Positions 58,439 through 59,537 of a stretch of 59,537 nucleotides of DNA are shown piece after piece. The DNA is taken from NCBI GenBank assembly GCA_035547495.1, contig DASZUY010000238.1, positions 1-59,537 on the forward strand, read 5' to 3'. A model generated the notes under the pieces. It did not search any database and was not told where the DNA came from. It saw nothing but the letters and a program-made list of their open reading frames with translations. Numbering within the stretch: position 1 is the stretch's first letter; each line of letters starts with the position of its first letter. A program made the translations under genes and the position numbers. The DNA is from Parafilimonas sp. (GTDB lineage Bacteria > Bacteroidota > Bacteroidia > Chitinophagales > Chitinophagaceae).

Positions 58439-59476
58439 ATGCAAAAATTTCTCATTATACAAACGGCATTTATCGGTGATGTGATATTGGCAACTGTTTT
58501 AATTGAAAAATTACATGCAGATTTTCCCGATGCGCAAATTGATTTTTTATTGCGAAAAGGCAACGAAGGTTTGTTGAAAGATCATCCTTATTTGCGTGAA
58601 ATATTAGTTTGGAACAAAAAAGGAAAAAAAACAAAAAATCTTTTTACGTTGCTTAAAATTATTCAAAAAAATAAGTATGATAAAGTAATAAACGTGCAAC
58701 GGTTTTTTTCAACAGGTTTATTAACTGCTTTTTCAAAGGCAAAAGAAAAAATAGGTTTTGATAAAAACCCATTAAGTTTTTTGTTTGATGTAAAAGTGAA
58801 GCATGTTATCGGAACAAAAGAAAAGCCGGTGCATGAAGTACAGCGCAATCTTTCTTTGATAAAACATTTTACAAGCGATAAACCTGCAAGATTAAAGTTG
58901 TATCCATCGAAAGCAGATTATGAAAGAGTTGATGCTATCTTGAATAATGAATTATCAACTGTCAATTCTCAACTGTCAACTGTCAACTACATCTGTGTTG
59001 CTCCATCTTCTGTTTGGTTTACTAAACAATTTCCAAAAGAGAAATGGATCGAATTTTTAGAACAATTGTCGACCGAAATAAAAATATTTTTGATCGGCGC
59101 TTCATCAGATAAAATCTTGTGTGATGAAATTAAAAACGCATTACCAGGAAAAGCTGTAATCAATCTTTGCGGTGATTTGAATTTTCTTGAATCTGCAGCG
59201 CTTATGCAAAAAGCAGTAATGAATTATGTAAATGATTCTGCGCCGATGCATATGGCTTCTGCAATGAATGCCCCGGTTACTGCAGTGTTTTGTTCAACCG
59301 TTACATGGTTTGGTTACACGCCTTTAAGCGACAAAAGTTTTATTGTTGAAATACAAGAGCCGTTGTATTGCAGACCCTGTACAACACACGGAAGACGTGA
59401 ATGTCCTGAGAAACATTTTAGATGTGCGCTTGATATAAAAAAAGAACAATTATTATTAACACTAAACAATGACTGA
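58439..59476 (+). CDS. Glycosyltransferase family 9 (LPS heptosyltransferase-like)
   Basis: IQTAFIGDV, NDSAPMHMASA, CRPC..HG..CP. Confidence 0.92.
   Translation: MQKFLIIQTAFIGDVILATVLIEKLHADFPDAQIDFLLRKGNEGLLKDHPYLREILVWNKKGKKTKNLFTLLKIIQKNKYDKVINVQRFFSTGLLTAFSKAKEKIGFDKNPLSFLFDVKVKHVIGTKEKPVHEVQRNLSLIKHFTSDKPARLKLYPSKADYERVDAILNNELSTVNSQLSTVNYICVAPSSVWFTKQFPKEKWIEFLEQLSTEIKIFLIGASSDKILCDEIKNALPGKAVINLCGDLNFLESAALMQKAVMNYVNDSAPMHMASAMNAPVTAVFCSTVTWFGYTPLSDKSFIVEIQEPLYCRPCTTHGRRECPEKHFRCALDIKKEQLLLTLNND
58941..58989 (+). repeat. Heptamer tandem array inside the GT9 gene
   Basis: TGAATAA TGAATTA TCAACTG TCAATTC TCAACTG TCAACTG TCAACTA, encoding NNELSTVNSQLSTVN. Confidence 0.85.
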
Positions 59477-59537
59477 AGAACTATTTAATAACGATGTTGA
59501 AAAAGCTTTGCGCGTTTTGCAAAGCGGCGGAACTATT
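59469..59537 (+). CDS. 5' fragment of probable L-threonylcarbamoyladenylate synthase (Sua5/YrdC)
   Basis: MTEELFNNDVEKALRVLQSGGTI resembles the YrdC N-terminus and overlaps the GT9 stop. Only 23 codons are visible. Confidence 0.6.
   Translation, partial: MTEELFNNDVEKALRVLQSGGTI

Noticed and set aside
318-58848. Numerous short ORFs nested antisense or out of frame within long genes
   Set aside because: They are shadows of well-supported genes with no independent coding evidence.

Overview
AT-rich Bacteroidota chromosome segment, probably Chitinophagaceae-like. This is inferred from the many type IX secretion (T9SS) cargo proteins, a PorP/SprF gene and TAnnTTTG -7 promoter boxes. The left ~19 kb is an accessory cluster. 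A leftward operon of three secreted proteins and a rightward pair of T9SS cargo genes diverge from a central cassette. That cassette holds two intact PAS-LuxR regulators, one decayed PAS-LuxR pseudogene missed by the ORF track, an AidH-like alpha/beta hydrolase and a second hydrolase with Cys at the nucleophile position. The first gene of each arm carries a paralogous lipase-like core with a different N-terminal binding module. The rest is mostly core genome: rnpB, an aldehyde dehydrogenase, purE/purK, hppD, trmD, recG, bioF, an RsmF-like methylase, NtrC-type and LytTR-type two-component systems, dapD, a GT9 and the start of tsaC. Notable small-scale signals are a REP-like repeat inside RNase P RNA helix P12, a candidate 29-codon leader peptide before hppD, a probable ATA start for recG, heptamer repeats inside coding sequence, a 21-bp-periodic G-run array, and candidate LytTR and NtrC boxes. 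No CRISPR array, tRNA, rRNA, transposase or integrase was seen. All assignments come from reading motifs by eye; no database searches were run.
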